DNA of 64,000 nt from Vulcanimicrobiota bacterium (GTDB lineage: Bacteria; Vulcanimicrobiota; Vulcanimicrobiia; Vulcanimicrobiales; Vulcanimicrobiaceae). The stretch covers positions 160,001 to 224,000 of the forward strand of contig CAWHWQ010000005.1 in NCBI GenBank assembly GCA_963833095.1. Direction: 5' to 3'. Numbering within the stretch: position 1 is the first letter of the stretch; the number at the start of each line of letters is the position of its first letter. The notes below the pieces were generated by a model that was given only the letters and a program-made list of their open reading frames with translations, had not been told where the DNA came from and ran no database searches. A program made the position numbers and the translations under genes. Below are positions 62,652 to 64,000 of this stretch, one piece after another.

Positions 62652-64000
62652 TCGACCGCAGCCTTTCCCGCGAACCCGGCGTAGAGCACGGGAATTACCA
62701 ACAAGGTAAACGCGGTTGCCGTCGAGAGACCGCCGATCACGGCGATCGCGAGCGGCTTCTCCATCGCCGCGCCCGACCCGATTCCGAGCGCGAGCGGCAA
62801 GAGTCCGCCGATCGCCGCAAAGGTCGTCATCACGATCGGACGCAAACGCGTGCGTCCAGCGGCGACGAGCGCCTCCTCGACGCTGTCGCCGGCGGCGCGG
62901 CGCCGGTTTGCCACGTCGATCAACAAAATGCCGTTCTTGACAACGATACCCACGAGCAGCAACAGCCCCATGAAGGAGGAGACGTTGAAGGGCGTTGACG
63001 TTATGAAGAGCCCGAGCGCGACGCCGATCAGGGCGAGCGGAATCGCGGTGAGAATCACGAGCGGCAGCCGGTACGAACGGAAGGCCGCGAGCATTACCGC
63101 GTACACAAGCGCGATGGCGATGGCGACGACGCCGGCGAACTGGCGGAACGAGTCTTGCTGCTCGCGATATTGGCCGCCGATCGTCGCGCGATATCCAGCC
63201 GGCAGCTGCTGCGCGGAGATCGCGCCGCGCATGCCGGAAACGACAGAGGAAAGATTCGCGCCGGCAATGCTCGCGGTGAGAACGATGACGCGCGCGCCAT
63301 TTTCTTCGTACATCGTGGTTGCAAGTGCAGCTGGAGCAATGCGCGCGATGGCGTCGAGACCAATCGGTCCGCTGGGGGACGCCACCCGTGGATCGGGAGC
63401 GCTTGGCGCGTCGACGAGCACGCGCACCGGTACGAGATTGTAGGGCCCGGGTAATTCGGCCGCAACGTCGCCTTGAGCTTGCGCCGCAAGCGAATCGGCG
63501 AGCGAGGATTGCGTCCATCCAAGTTGCGCGAGAAGCCGGCGATCCGGTGAAACGCGTATTGCCGGATCGGTGTAGACGACGCCGGAGAACACGTCAGCCA
63601 GACCTTTCACGTCGGAGAGCCGAACAGCGAGCGCGCTGGCTTGCGCGACGAGCGTGGCTTGATCCGGACCTTCGAGCGTGACTTCGAGCGGCGCCGGCGC
63701 GCCCGAAACGTCGTCGATCATATCCTCGAGAATCTGGTGAAAATCGAAGTGAGCGGCGGGAACTGCCTGCGCCAACTCGTCACGGAGCCGGTCGCTTACG
63801 ACCGGGTACGGTGCGCGCTCGGTCTCGGGTCGCAGGCGCACACGCAAAATGCCGGCATTTCGGGGCGTCGGCGAGTAACCGTTAGTGTCGAGGCCGGTCC
63901 AGCGTCCGACGCCCGCGACGGCCGGATCCGCAGCGACGACCTGCTCCATCGTGATGCGCCGCTGCGTCCGACGCCTCCAAACTCGTTCCGACCGGAAGAA
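62648..64000 (-). CDS. RND efflux permease (CusA/CzcA/AcrB family), 5' part outside window
   Basis: GIVVKNGILL, RLRPIVMT, PLAIAVIGGL. Confidence 0.9.
   Translation of the reverse strand, partial: FFRSERVWRRRTQRRITMEQVVAADPAVAGVGRWTGLDTNGYSPTPRNAGILRVRLRPETERAPYPVVSDRLRDELAQAVPAAHFDFHQILEDMIDDVSGAPAPLEVTLEGPDQATLVAQASALAVRLSDVKGLADVFSGVVYTDPAIRVSPDRRLLAQLGWTQSSLADSLAAQAQGDVAAELPGPYNLVPVRVLVDAPSAPDPRVASPSGPIGLDAIARIAPAALATTMYEENGARVIVLTASIAGANLSSVVSGMRGAISAQQLPAGYRATIGGQYREQQDSFRQFAGVVAIAIALVYAVMLAAFRSYRLPLVILTAIPLALIGVALGLFITSTPFNVSSFMGLLLLVGIVVKNGILLIDVANRRRAAGDSVEEALVAAGRTRLRPIVMTTFAAIGGLLPLALGIGSGAAMEKPLAIAVIGGLSTATAFTLLVIPVLYAGFAGKAAVE

Noticed and set aside
61431..63518. 695-aa TolC with a long N-terminal extension
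   Set aside because: The extension is an alternative frame of the RND permease; the real start is ATG 62651.

Overview
GC-rich bacterial chromosomal segment with no rRNA, tRNA, CRISPR array or intact mobile element visible. Gene content is diderm-like (TolC/RND, lipoproteins, c-type cytochromes) with Terrabacteria-type gene order (fhaA-fhaB-PP2C-rodA; topA-trmFO-hslVU). Ca. Eremiobacterota/Vulcanimicrobiota is my best guess, by inference only. In order, the window holds: ettA (partial), a BNR-repeat lipoprotein, an OmpR-family two-component pair, tandem HiPIP genes followed by a type III PKS and methyltransferase, a Uma2 nuclease, a PadR-led beta-oxidation operon, a PQQ/haem-c lipoprotein with an upstream candidate selenoprotein, a variable region behind an HExxH peptidase, MarR/MFS genes, a hopanoid cluster (fni, hpnCDE, shc, hpnH/A/G, hpnK/I), an FHA/RodA operon, rsmB-fmt-def, hslUV, trmFO, topA, a histone-H1-like gene, oppD/F-type ATPases, secG, dxs and an RND efflux system. 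Core genes in 1-1.1, 10.8-16.3 and 47-60 kb carry many indels, most likely assembly errors, so their coordinates are approximate. Highlights: (1) a perfect 48-bp alternating pyrimidine-purine tract (four 12-bp units, Z-DNA/cruciform-prone) between back-to-back sigma70-like promoters of topA and the histone-like gene, a possible supercoiling sensor; (2) a UGGC thioredoxin/TPR selenoprotein candidate with a bSECIS-like hairpin; (3) a diverged, split duplicate of a peptidase 3' end marking an insertion hotspot; (4) palindromic REP-like elements inserted in frame in two proteins; (5) several apparent pseudoenzymes.
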